From NCBI GenBank assembly GCA_963750165.1, contig CAVVPN010000003.1:2432001-2496000 (forward strand): DNA of 64,000 nucleotides. The letters run 5' to 3'. The notes under the pieces were generated by a model that made no database searches, was not told where the DNA came from, and worked only from the letters and a program-made list of their open reading frames with translations. The position numbers and the translations under genes are program-made. The DNA comes from an uncultured Gemmataceae bacterium. GTDB taxonomy: Bacteria; Planctomycetota; Planctomycetia; Gemmatales; Gemmataceae. Shown here piece after piece: positions 21,901-30,691 of the stretch; the first letter of the stretch is position 1; the number at the start of each line of letters is the position of its first letter.

Positions 21901-23650
21901 CCACGGCCTTCAAGGACCTGACCGGGGCGGCGCTGGACGGCAACAACGACGGAGTCAACGGCGACGCCTACACCACCACCTTCACCGTGGCGGCGAGCGC
22001 GGCGGTGGCGGTCACGGTGCCGGACTTCGCGCGCGGCCCCGACGCGACCGACGCCATTAACGTGCCCAATAACAGCACGAACGGGCTTCCCGTCGCCCTG
22101 AGCGACGGCGCCGGCGTCACCGACGCCACGCTGGTGCTGAATTACGACGCCGACCTCCTGACCATCACCGGCGGCACCGTCAACAGCGCTCTGACGGGGG
22201 CCAGCTTCACCGTCACCACTTCCGGCAGCGGCGCCGGCGCCCAGGCCACCATCGTCTTCCACAGCCCCACCGCACTGGCGGCCGGGGCCGTGCGCCTGGG
22301 CGGCCTTATCGCGACGGTGCCGGCCAACGCTCCGTACAAGGCGAAGGAGTTGCTGCACTGGTCGAGCGTCTCGCTTAACGGTGGGGCCATCACGGCGGTG
22401 GGCGACGACGCCATGCAGGTGGTCACCTTCCTCGGCGACACCACAGGCGACGGCATCTACACCAGCGCCGACAGCGTGCTGTTGTCGCGCGTGGCTGTGA
22501 CGGCGGACAGTGGCCTGGCGGCCTACCCGATACTCGACCCCGTCATCATCGGCGACCTCACCGGCGACGGCCGCGTCACCGCCGCCGACACGACCGCTCT
22601 GAACCTCTACATCTCGGGCACGGCCGTGGCGCAGGTGCCCCCCTACCTCGGCGCCCCCACCAACCTCCCGGCGGGTCCCGACCCCACCGTCAGCATCCCG
22701 ACCGGACTGAAGGCGGCCCCGGGCGGGGTGGTGACGGTGCCGGTCAACATCGACAACCCGCACCCCGAAGGCAGCACCGGCCTGACCCAGGCCGTGCTGG
22801 CCCTGACCTATGACCCTGCCGTGTTCGACGTGGCGCCGGCGGACGTCCACCTGGGCACGGTGCCGGCGGCCGGGCAAGGCTGGGCGCTGGAGACTCACAT
22901 GGACGCCGCCCGCGGGGAGATCGGCATCGTGCTGTACAGCGTCACGCCGATCAGCGCGGCGCAGGCCGGCAGCCTGGTGACGATTGACTGGCTCTTCCGT
23001 TTTTAGGTGCGAAACACTGGATTTTCTGTGAACGGACGATCACGTGCCCCACGATTTTTCCAGGGAAAATTGAGAATCGGGCCGATAACCCGCACCTAAA
23101 AACGGAAGAGCCGATTGACTTCCACGTGCGGCCGACGGCCACCGCGGGGGCCACGCCGATCAACCTGGCCGACACGGTGCGCCTCGATGCGAGGGTGTTC
23201 CACACCGCCGTGTACGACAACCAGGGGCCGTACACGCTGCACCCGGCGCCGACCAACGCCGATACGGACGCAGTGGACGGCACCGCGGTGCTGACGGAGA
23301 AACCCCCGGCCGTGAGTCCGGCGCGTGGTGTTTCGGGGGCCGCACCGAAGATCGTGCTCCCCGTTGCCGACCTGGCACCGGCCGGGGGGGCGACGCCGGG
23401 CGGCTTTGTGATACCGATGAGCGTCGCGCGGCAGCCGGCCGGCGAGTGGCTCCTCGACCCGACACTGACCTCGCCGGCAGCGGCCAGTCCGGCGTGGCAA
23501 CCGGACACCCCGGCGGTTGGCGAAGCGCTGGCGCAGGACGACGAGTCGGCTGACGCGGTCTGGGCGCGAAGTCCCTGGCCGCTGTCCGAACCGGCCAGCG
23601 GCCTGGACGCTTTAGACGCCTACTTCGCCTGGACGGTGGCCGGCGGCTAG
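15926..23650 (+). pseudogene. Giant secreted adhesin-like protein (about 7 repeats of ~500 bp, Ig-like domains, cohesin/dockerin-like C-terminus), disrupted
   Basis: Planctomycete leader RRLLVEQLEDR; repeated NHGTILLQS units; frameshifts near 16165 and 16310; in-frame TAG at 17757; MITE at 22990-23112. Confidence 0.85.
22990..23112. mobile_element. 123-bp MITE with ISL3-like ends
   Basis: Perfect 22-bp TIRs ggctcttccgtttttaggtgcg / cgcacctaaaaacggaagagcc; 8-bp target duplication gattgact (22982-22989, 23113-23120). Confidence 0.92.
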
Positions 23651-23734
23651 GGCGCGTGCGGCTGCACACCGCGAGACATCAGTAACGCGGAGATTCGTCG
23701 CCTGGACGGTGGCCGGCGGCTAGGGCGCGTGCGG
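23625..23734 (+). repeat. Two identical 37-bp direct repeats separated by 36 bp
   Basis: tcgcctggacggtggccggcggctagggcgcgtgcgg at 23625-23661 and 23698-23734. Confidence 0.9.
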
Positions 23735-23827
23735 TCCCGGCACGGATCATTCACCCGCGAGGGAGAATGTCTTGGCGTCCTGCTTGGCGCCAAGACAGCG
23801 CCAAGCAGAGACTACTGGAGGCGCCGG

Positions 23828-23856
23828 TAGACTCTCGCTGGCGGTGGCAGTAGAAT
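23828..23856 (+). promoter_or_regulatory. Putative sigma70 promoter of tRNA-Sec
   Basis: TAGACT-N17-TAGAAT, about 46 nt upstream of the tRNA. Confidence 0.5.
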
Positions 23857-23902
23857 CACAAAGCCTTGAAATTCAGCGGTTTCCGCGGAAAAACAAGACA
23901 AT

Positions 23903-23997
23903 GGGGGTGCTTGCACACCTGGTGGTGGCCCTGGTCTTCAAAACCAGTGGGGGGCTTGAACAAAGCCCCCGGTGGATTCGATTTCCATGCACTCCCG
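23903..23997 (+). tRNA. selC: tRNA-Sec (anticodon TCA), CCA not encoded
   Basis: 8-bp acceptor GGGGGTGC/GCACTCCC, discriminator G, D-loop TGGT, anticodon arm CTGGT-CTTCAAA-ACCAG, long variable arm GGGGGCTT/AAGCCCCC, T-arm GTGGA-TTCGATT-TCCAT (8/5 fold). Confidence 0.9.
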
Positions 23998-24101
23998 CTG
24001 ATCGACAATTCCTGAAATGATGCAAGTGGCTGCAACCACGCTGGCTGCGGTTTTCGATGGCACTTCGATCCGGGCGCCGCTGAAAACCCGTTGCGGGGCG
24101 C

Positions 24102-24180
24102 CTACGCGATCATCGCCCGGATGACGTTGCCGGCCACATCGGTCAGCCGGAAGGCGCGACCGTTGAATCGGTACGTCTGG
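24102..24180 (-). pseudogene. Orphan C-terminal remnant of a DUF1501 family gene
   Basis: TYRFNGRAFRLTDVAGNVIRAMIA* matches the characteristic DUF1501 terminus. Confidence 0.7.
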
Positions 24181-24301
24181 CCACGACCTTCGAGCGGCGT
24201 AGCACCGGCGCCTACACCCTGACCATCCGTACCTTCGTCGATCCGAAGGAGTGACGGCCAGTTGTTTAACAACAATAACCTCACTCCGCCCAACTTTTTT
24301 C

Positions 24302-24396
24302 CTGACCGTCACGGATTGTGGGGCGGGTTTTTTTACGCCTTCGGCGTAAAGATCGGCCCAGTTGAGATTGCCCGCCCCACCATCCGTGACGGTCAG
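24302..24396. repeat. 95-bp element with 26-bp inverted ends and an internal hairpin
   Basis: ctgaccgtcacggattgtggggcggg / cccgccccaccatccgtgacggtcag (1 mismatch); T-tracts on both sides. Confidence 0.75.
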
Positions 24397-24540
24397 ATTT
24401 TTTTGTTGCGACTCGTCCTGCCCCTCATTAAAATTGCGTCAAAAAATCAAACAATTGTCGCCAGATGCTTCAATCCTGCGCCATGGAGTTGACCGCTTGA
24501 TGATTGCTTTTGCCATTACGTTTCCCAGGGAGGTACACCA

Positions 24541-27500
24541 ATGCTCTCTACTCGTTGGCAACGCTGGATCCGCTGGAATGCTCGTTCGACCGCCAGGGTT
24601 CGCTCCCGGCAGTATCGCTCCAGGCCGGTGCTGATCGAACTGGAACCGCGCATCGTCCCGACGGGGTTGACCCCGGCCCAGATCCAGCACATCTACGGCA
24701 TCGATCAAATCAAGCTCCCTGGCGGGGTGACCGCCAACGGCCAGGGCCAGACCATCGCTATCATCGACGCCGGCGACTTCTACAACTCCGTCACCGGACA
24801 CGCTCGCATCTTCGACGACCTGCACCAGTTCGACACGACCTACGGCATCGCCGATCCGCCCAATTTCCTCCTCCTGGACCAGTACGGCAGCACGAATTAC
24901 CCTGGCCCCGTTTCGGGGGCGTATGAGGAAGAAGCCCTCGACGTGGAATGGGCCCATGCGCTGGCGCCGGCGGCCAACCTCATCATGTTCGAGGCGAACA
25001 GTCTCTCGAACGCCGACCTGTACGCGGCCGTGTACTCCGCCGCCCATTACAACGGCGCGCTGGGGCAGGTCAGCGTCGTGTCGATGAGCTTCGGGGAGCC
25101 GGAAAACCTGGACACCGAAGCGCTGTACGACAACTACTTCACGACTCCGTCCGGGCACCCGGGTATCACCTTCGTGGCAGCCGCGGGGGATGACGGGGCG
25201 GGGTATCAGTTTCGGTTGAACAACGACACGGGCGGCATTTACCCGCCGGAATATCCTGCCGTCTCGCCCAACGTGCTGGGGGTGGGCGGCACCACATTGA
25301 CGTTCCCGTCCGGCGACATGTCCGATTACCCGGGCGTCGCCACCAGCAGCGGCGGGGTGGGCGAGGAAGGCTGGGGTAATAGTTACCTCAGCTATTACCG
25401 TAGCAACACCCCGGGCGGCGGCAGCGGCGGTGGTCCGAGCAGTTACGAGCCCATGCCGAACTACCAGTACAACTATGGCCTCCGCTACACCAACGGCCTC
25501 TATAACGTCCGGAGCGCCCCGGATGTCGCCTTCAACGCGGATTTCAAAGACTCTCCGGTGAGCCTTTACGACTCGCTGGACGGCGGCTTTCTCTCGAACG
25601 GGGGGACGAGTTTCGCCGCCCCGGCGTGGGCCGCCCTGATCTCCCTGGCGGACCAGGCCCGGGTGTTGAACAACGCGGGCACGCTCGACGGCCCGACGCA
25701 AACGCTCCCCGACCTGTACCAGCTTCCCTCCGCGGATTTCCACGACATCCTCGTGGGTAACAACGGCTACGCGGCCGGAACCGGGTACGACCTGGTGACC
25801 GGACTGGGCACGCCGGTGGCCAGCCGCGTGGTGGGCGACCTGTGGGGCCACCCCGCGCCGACGGCGAACAACGACAGCTACACCACGCCCTACAACACCA
25901 CCCTGACGGTCAACGCCGCCAACGGGGTGCTGGCCAACGACAGCGACGCCCTGGGCGCGGCCCTGAGCGTTCCGTCCTTCTCCAGCCCGAGCCACGGCAG
26001 CCTTTCCCTCAATTCGGACGGTTCGTTCATTTACCTACCGAACTCCGGCTACTTTGGCACGGACTCCTTCACCTACACTCTGGCCAGCGCGGGCACCGGT
26101 CACACGCGCCAGGGCACCGTGACCATTCAGGTCCAGCAGCCGCCCCTGCCCGACCTGGCGCCGAACACGCCAAGCGGCTGGAGCGGGCCGATCGTGCTCT
26201 CGACGGTGACCGGCACCCACACCTCGGCCACGTCCTACACCACCGCCGACACGCTCTACCTCGACTGGTCGTTCATCAACCAGGGCACGGCCAACATCAC
26301 CACCGCCTTCCAGTTCAAACTGCTCCTGGACGGCAACCAGGTCACGACCTGGTCGGCCGGCTTGCCAGTCAACGTCGGCGCCAGTACCGGCATTCAGGAC
26401 TACAACCTGGGCCAGCTGTCGGCCGGCAGCCACACGCTTTCCGTGGTGGCCGACTCCCTGAACCAGATCACCGAGAGCGACGAGAGCAACAACACTTCCA
26501 CCTTCGTCTTCACCGTCAACCAGCCCCCCGCCATCACCAGCGCCAACAACGCCACCTTCGCGGTGGGGGTCGCGGGCACCTTCACCGTGACCGCCACCGG
26601 CTACCCCGCCGCCTTCACCTTCTCCGAAACCGGCACGTTGCCGAGCGGCGTCACCTTCAACACGAGCACGGGCGTGCTCAGCGGCACCCCGGCGGCGGGC
26701 ACCGCTGGCACCTACAACCTCATCATCACGGCCAGCAACGGCGTGAGCCCGAACGCCTCGCAGAACTTCACGCTCACCGTCATCAACCTGCCGGACCTGT
26801 TGCCGTACACGCCGACGGGCTGGAGCGGGCCGGTCGTGGTCTCGACGGGACCGGGCACCAACACGTCGGCAACATCCTTCACTACCGCCGACACGCTCTA
26901 CGTCGATTGGTCGTTCGCCAACCAGGGCACCGCCGCCATCACCACCTCGTATCAGTTCGAACTACGCCTGGACGGCGTCCAGGTGTACTACTGGAACGGC
27001 GCCAACCCGCTGAACCCAAACGTCTACTATTACGTGCAGGACGCCACCCTGGGCCCGCTGTCGGCTGGCAGTCATACCATCACGATTAATGCCGATTACC
27101 TGAACCAGGTCACCGAGAGCAACGAGAGCAACAACACCGCCACCTTCGTCTTTACCGTCAATCAGGCGCTTCCGGACCTGGCGCCGTACACGCCGACGGG
27201 CTGGAGCGGGCCGGTCGTGGTCTCGACGGGACCGGGCACCAACACGTCGGCAACATCCTTCACTACCGCCGACACGCTCTACGTCGATTGGGCGTTCGCC
27301 AACCAGGGCACCGCCGCCATCACCACCTCGTATCAGTTCGAACTACGCCTGGACGGCGTCCAGGTGTACTACTGGAACGGCGCCAATCCGCTGAACCCGA
27401 ACGTCTACTATTACGTGCAGGACGCCACCCTGGGCCCGCTGTCGGCTGGCAGTCATACCATCACGATTAATGCCGATTACCTGAACCAGGTCACCGAGAG

Positions 27501-30207
27501 CAACGAGTCCAACAACACCGAGACCTTCGTCTTTACCGTCAACCAGCCCCCTGCCATCACCAGCGCCAACAGCACCACATTCACCGTGGGCGCGGCGGGC
27601 AGCTTCATGGTGACGGCCACCGGCTTCCCGGCGCCAACCTTCAGCGAAACCGGCACGCTGCCGAGCGGCGTGACGTTCAACCAGACCACGGGCGTGCTCA
27701 GCGGCACGCCGGCGGCCGGCGGCGGCGGCACTTATCCCATCACCATCACGGCCAGCAACGGCGTCGGCAGCGACGCCACGCAGAACTTCACCCTGACGGT
27801 CAACCAGGCCCCGGCCGTGACCACGCCGCCGGTCAACCAGACCGTCACCGTCGGCAGCAGCGTCACCTTCACCGCGGCAGCCAGCGGCTTCCCGACCCCC
27901 ACGGCGCAGTGGCTCGTCAGCACCGACGGCGGCAACAACTACATGCCCCTCTCTGGCGCCACCTCCTCCACCCTGACCCTCAGCGGCGTCACCCTGGCCA
28001 TGAGCGGTTACTACTACGAGGTCACCTTCACCAACGCCGCCGGCAACATCACCTCCAGCCCCGCCCTGCTCACGGTCAACCCCATCACCACCAGCACGAC
28101 TCTCACGGACCTGGGTCCGAACCCGTCGCTGAACGCGGGCGTCACCATCCAGCCGGTCGCGTTCCTGGTCCACATCATGGCCGCCAACGGCGCCTCTCTC
28201 ACCGGCGACACCGTCTCCCTGCTGGACAACAACGTCGCCATCCCCGGCGCTACCGGCGCCCTGGACACCAACGGCAACGCCATTATCACTGTCTCGAACT
28301 TCGCCGTCGGCAGCCACCCCATTACCGCCAGCTTCGCCGCCCAGGGGAACTTCGCCCCCAGCACCTCCCAGCAGGTCATCCAGAACGTCGTCAGCACCTT
28401 CCAGGTGGACTCGGCCACGCTCTCGGGCAACGCCGTCCAGCTGGTCTTCGACGGGCCCATCGACCCCAGCACGACGCAGCTGTACTACAGCCCCGGCACC
28501 ACGGCGGTAGCGCCCGACGTTACCGTCACCGGCCCGAACGGCACCATCAAGGGCTCGCTGGTCCTCGACGCCACCAACCTCAACGTCGCCACCTTCGTCG
28601 CCACCGCCGGCGAGTTCCCCGCCGGCAGTTACACGGTCGCCGTCACCACCGCTGTCCAGGCGCTCGGCGGCGCCACCCTCACCGCCAACTACAGCCAGGC
28701 CCTCACCGCCGCCCCCGGCATCCCGGTGGTCACGGCCGCCAACGTCGCTCGCGGCCCCGGCGAAACTGTGAACGTGCCCAACACCAGCACCGGACTGCCC
28801 ATCACGGTCAGCGGCCTCACCACCGCCGTCCAGTCCATTTCCTTCATCCTCACCTATGACCCGACCCTCTTGACTGTGACGGCGGCCACCCTGTCGTCCG
28901 ACGCCGCTACCAATGGCAACCTCGTCCTCAACCCGATTGTCTTCACCAGCATCGACGCCCACCACATGCAGATCGCCTTCACCGTTGTTGGCGGCAGCGG
29001 TGGCGGCCACTGGAACCCCACCACCGGCACCGGCATGCTCTTGACCCTGACCGCCACCGTCCCCAGCAACGCTCCCTACACACAGAAAGCTCTGCTCAAC
29101 ACTCAGAACGTGGTCATCAACGGCACCACTGCTCAGGGCGACGACGCCGTCGATGTCAACGCCTATCCCGGCGACGTCCACGCCGACGGGCACTACACCG
29201 GCCTGGACGCCACGCTCATTTCCCGCGTCGTCACCGGCCAGGGCACCGGCTTCACTCCCTTCAAGGATCTCGATCCTTTCCTCATCGGCGGCGTCAGCGC
29301 CAGCTCCACCCTGGCCGTCAGCGGTCTGGACGCCACCGATGTCTCCCGCGCCGTCGTCGGCTCCTTCTCCGGCGTCATCCCCCAGCCGCCCTCCGGCGTC
29401 ACCATCACCGGCCCCACCGGCCCCGACCCGCGCCTCTACCTCGCCGCCGCCAGCGGCAGCGCCGGCCAGACGGTGGCCGTGCAGGAGCGGCTCGACGTGA
29501 CGGCGCCGTCGGGCGTCGAGGTGGACGCCATCGATTCAGTCATCGAGTACGACCCGAGCAAATTCACCGTCTCGAACATTCGCGTGGGCAGCCTGTTGCC
29601 GGGCTTCCTCGTGGTCAGCAACATCGACGCTGTGCAGGGCGTCATCCGCATCACCGAGTTCACCACCAGCCCGGTGCAGGCCGCCCACGGCACCGACGGC
29701 GCCGTGCTGCTCCTGGACTTCACCGTCAAGCCCGCCGCCGCGCCCGGCCGGTCGCCGCTGGTGCTCGCCGCCAACGACGGCGGCACCACCACGGCGGCGT
29801 ACAACGCCGCCGGCTCGCTGACGCTCAGCCCGGCGCCGCGGAACCCGAACCAGCTGCCGATCCGCGGCGGCAGCGTGGCGAACTTTGTCGCCGGCGTGGA
29901 CAGTTTCTTCACCATCCTCGGCCAGGGCGGCAGTGCCCCGCCGACCCCAACCGCGGCCCACGCTAACGGCCCGGCGCCGGTCCCGGGGCTGGGCGGCGCC
30001 GGCCGAGCGGACCAGCCGCCGGTCAACTTCCTGCCCGCGGCCACAGCGGCCGCCCCAACCGGATTGGTGGAATCCCTCGTGCCGCTCGGCGCCGCGGCCC
30101 TGCCCGTGGCCGACAGCGCTGCCGGCGCCGGCGGCGTTGATGAGTTCTGGCGGCGCTACGGCGCGACCACCGCGCCTGACCTGGTCGTTGCTCAGGGCGA
30201 CGGATGA
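24541..30207 (+). CDS. Secreted S53 (sedolisin/kumamolisin-like) peptidase with Ig-like, CARDB-like and cohesin/dockerin-like domains
   Basis: Leader LIELEPRIVP; EEALDVEWAHALAP, AAAGDDG, GGTSFAAP, GYDLVTGLGTP; ESNESNN CARDB motifs; 381-bp tandem duplication at 26791/27172. Confidence 0.9.
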   Translation: MLSTRWQRWIRWNARSTARVRSRQYRSRPVLIELEPRIVPTGLTPAQIQHIYGIDQIKLPGGVTANGQGQTIAIIDAGDFYNSVTGHARIFDDLHQFDTTYGIADPPNFLLLDQYGSTNYPGPVSGAYEEEALDVEWAHALAPAANLIMFEANSLSNADLYAAVYSAAHYNGALGQVSVVSMSFGEPENLDTEALYDNYFTTPSGHPGITFVAAAGDDGAGYQFRLNNDTGGIYPPEYPAVSPNVLGVGGTTLTFPSGDMSDYPGVATSSGGVGEEGWGNSYLSYYRSNTPGGGSGGGPSSYEPMPNYQYNYGLRYTNGLYNVRSAPDVAFNADFKDSPVSLYDSLDGGFLSNGGTSFAAPAWAALISLADQARVLNNAGTLDGPTQTLPDLYQLPSADFHDILVGNNGYAAGTGYDLVTGLGTPVASRVVGDLWGHPAPTANNDSYTTPYNTTLTVNAANGVLANDSDALGAALSVPSFSSPSHGSLSLNSDGSFIYLPNSGYFGTDSFTYTLASAGTGHTRQGTVTIQVQQPPLPDLAPNTPSGWSGPIVLSTVTGTHTSATSYTTADTLYLDWSFINQGTANITTAFQFKLLLDGNQVTTWSAGLPVNVGASTGIQDYNLGQLSAGSHTLSVVADSLNQITESDESNNTSTFVFTVNQPPAITSANNATFAVGVAGTFTVTATGYPAAFTFSETGTLPSGVTFNTSTGVLSGTPAAGTAGTYNLIITASNGVSPNASQNFTLTVINLPDLLPYTPTGWSGPVVVSTGPGTNTSATSFTTADTLYVDWSFANQGTAAITTSYQFELRLDGVQVYYWNGANPLNPNVYYYVQDATLGPLSAGSHTITINADYLNQVTESNESNNTATFVFTVNQALPDLAPYTPTGWSGPVVVSTGPGTNTSATSFTTADTLYVDWAFANQGTAAITTSYQFELRLDGVQVYYWNGANPLNPNVYYYVQDATLGPLSAGSHTITINADYLNQVTESNESNNTETFVFTVNQPPAITSANSTTFTVGAAGSFMVTATGFPAPTFSETGTLPSGVTFNQTTGVLSGTPAAGGGGTYPITITASNGVGSDATQNFTLTVNQAPAVTTPPVNQTVTVGSSVTFTAAASGFPTPTAQWLVSTDGGNNYMPLSGATSSTLTLSGVTLAMSGYYYEVTFTNAAGNITSSPALLTVNPITTSTTLTDLGPNPSLNAGVTIQPVAFLVHIMAANGASLTGDTVSLLDNNVAIPGATGALDTNGNAIITVSNFAVGSHPITASFAAQGNFAPSTSQQVIQNVVSTFQVDSATLSGNAVQLVFDGPIDPSTTQLYYSPGTTAVAPDVTVTGPNGTIKGSLVLDATNLNVATFVATAGEFPAGSYTVAVTTAVQALGGATLTANYSQALTAAPGIPVVTAANVARGPGETVNVPNTSTGLPITVSGLTTAVQSISFILTYDPTLLTVTAATLSSDAATNGNLVLNPIVFTSIDAHHMQIAFTVVGGSGGGHWNPTTGTGMLLTLTATVPSNAPYTQKALLNTQNVVINGTTAQGDDAVDVNAYPGDVHADGHYTGLDATLISRVVTGQGTGFTPFKDLDPFLIGGVSASSTLAVSGLDATDVSRAVVGSFSGVIPQPPSGVTITGPTGPDPRLYLAAASGSAGQTVAVQERLDVTAPSGVEVDAIDSVIEYDPSKFTVSNIRVGSLLPGFLVVSNIDAVQGVIRITEFTTSPVQAAHGTDGAVLLLDFTVKPAAAPGRSPLVLAANDGGTTTAAYNAAGSLTLSPAPRNPNQLPIRGGSVANFVAGVDSFFTILGQGGSAPPTPTAAHANGPAPVPGLGGAGRADQPPVNFLPAATAAAPTGLVESLVPLGAAALPVADSAAGAGGVDEFWRRYGATTAPDLVVAQGDG

Positions 30208-30234
30208 GGTTTAGCCGGGGCCGACCAACAGTTG

Positions 30235-30286
30235 ACCCCGTTTACGTTTCGCGCGGACTGAGCCTGCGCGAAACGTAAACGGGGTT
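30235..30286. terminator. Hairpin downstream of the S53 gene
   Basis: accccgtttacgtttcgcgc ... gcgcgaaacgtaaacggggt followed by tt. Confidence 0.6.
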
Positions 30287-30691
30287 TGCTGTTGGCGCGA
30301 CGGTGAGAAGCGGTTTGGGTTCTTCGGGGGCGAGGACTACTTCTCCGCCTGGGTCACGGAAGGCTCACGGGCTCGCGGCCGTCATGACGACGCTATCCAT
30401 CATCGGAACCACGAACCGCGGGGTTGTTCCAGGCCGATGATGGATAGCGTCGTCATGACGGCCATCGGCGAGCCTGAAACAGCCTTCCCTGAGACGGCCG
30501 GGATAGCAAACGCTCGGGCGACGCAACATCGCCCCTGATGCAGAGCATCCAGCTAGTTCTCCACCCCCGAAGAGGCCCAAACCTGTTCGCGTTGTAGCCA
30601 GAGCTGGCGCGACCGGCAAGACGACGCCGCGACATGCTTCGCCACCTCCAACTGGTAGCAGGAGAATGATTGATGCCATCAAAGAACGACC

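Noticed and set aside
18903..22898. 1331-aa minus-strand ORF and similar long antisense ORFs (2113-3999, 27343-29193, 43174-45660)
   Set aside because: Shadow ORFs of GC-rich genes with no motifs
23625..23734. CRISPR array
   Set aside because: Only two repeats, one overlapping a gene end; no cas genes or leader; kept as a direct repeat
26791..27545. Diversity-generating retroelement TR/VR pair
   Set aside because: In-frame tandem CARDB duplication with no adenine-specific differences and no reverse transcriptase
30365..30682. 105-aa ORF after the PSD1 gene
   Set aside because: No motifs and atypical composition; probably degraded sequence
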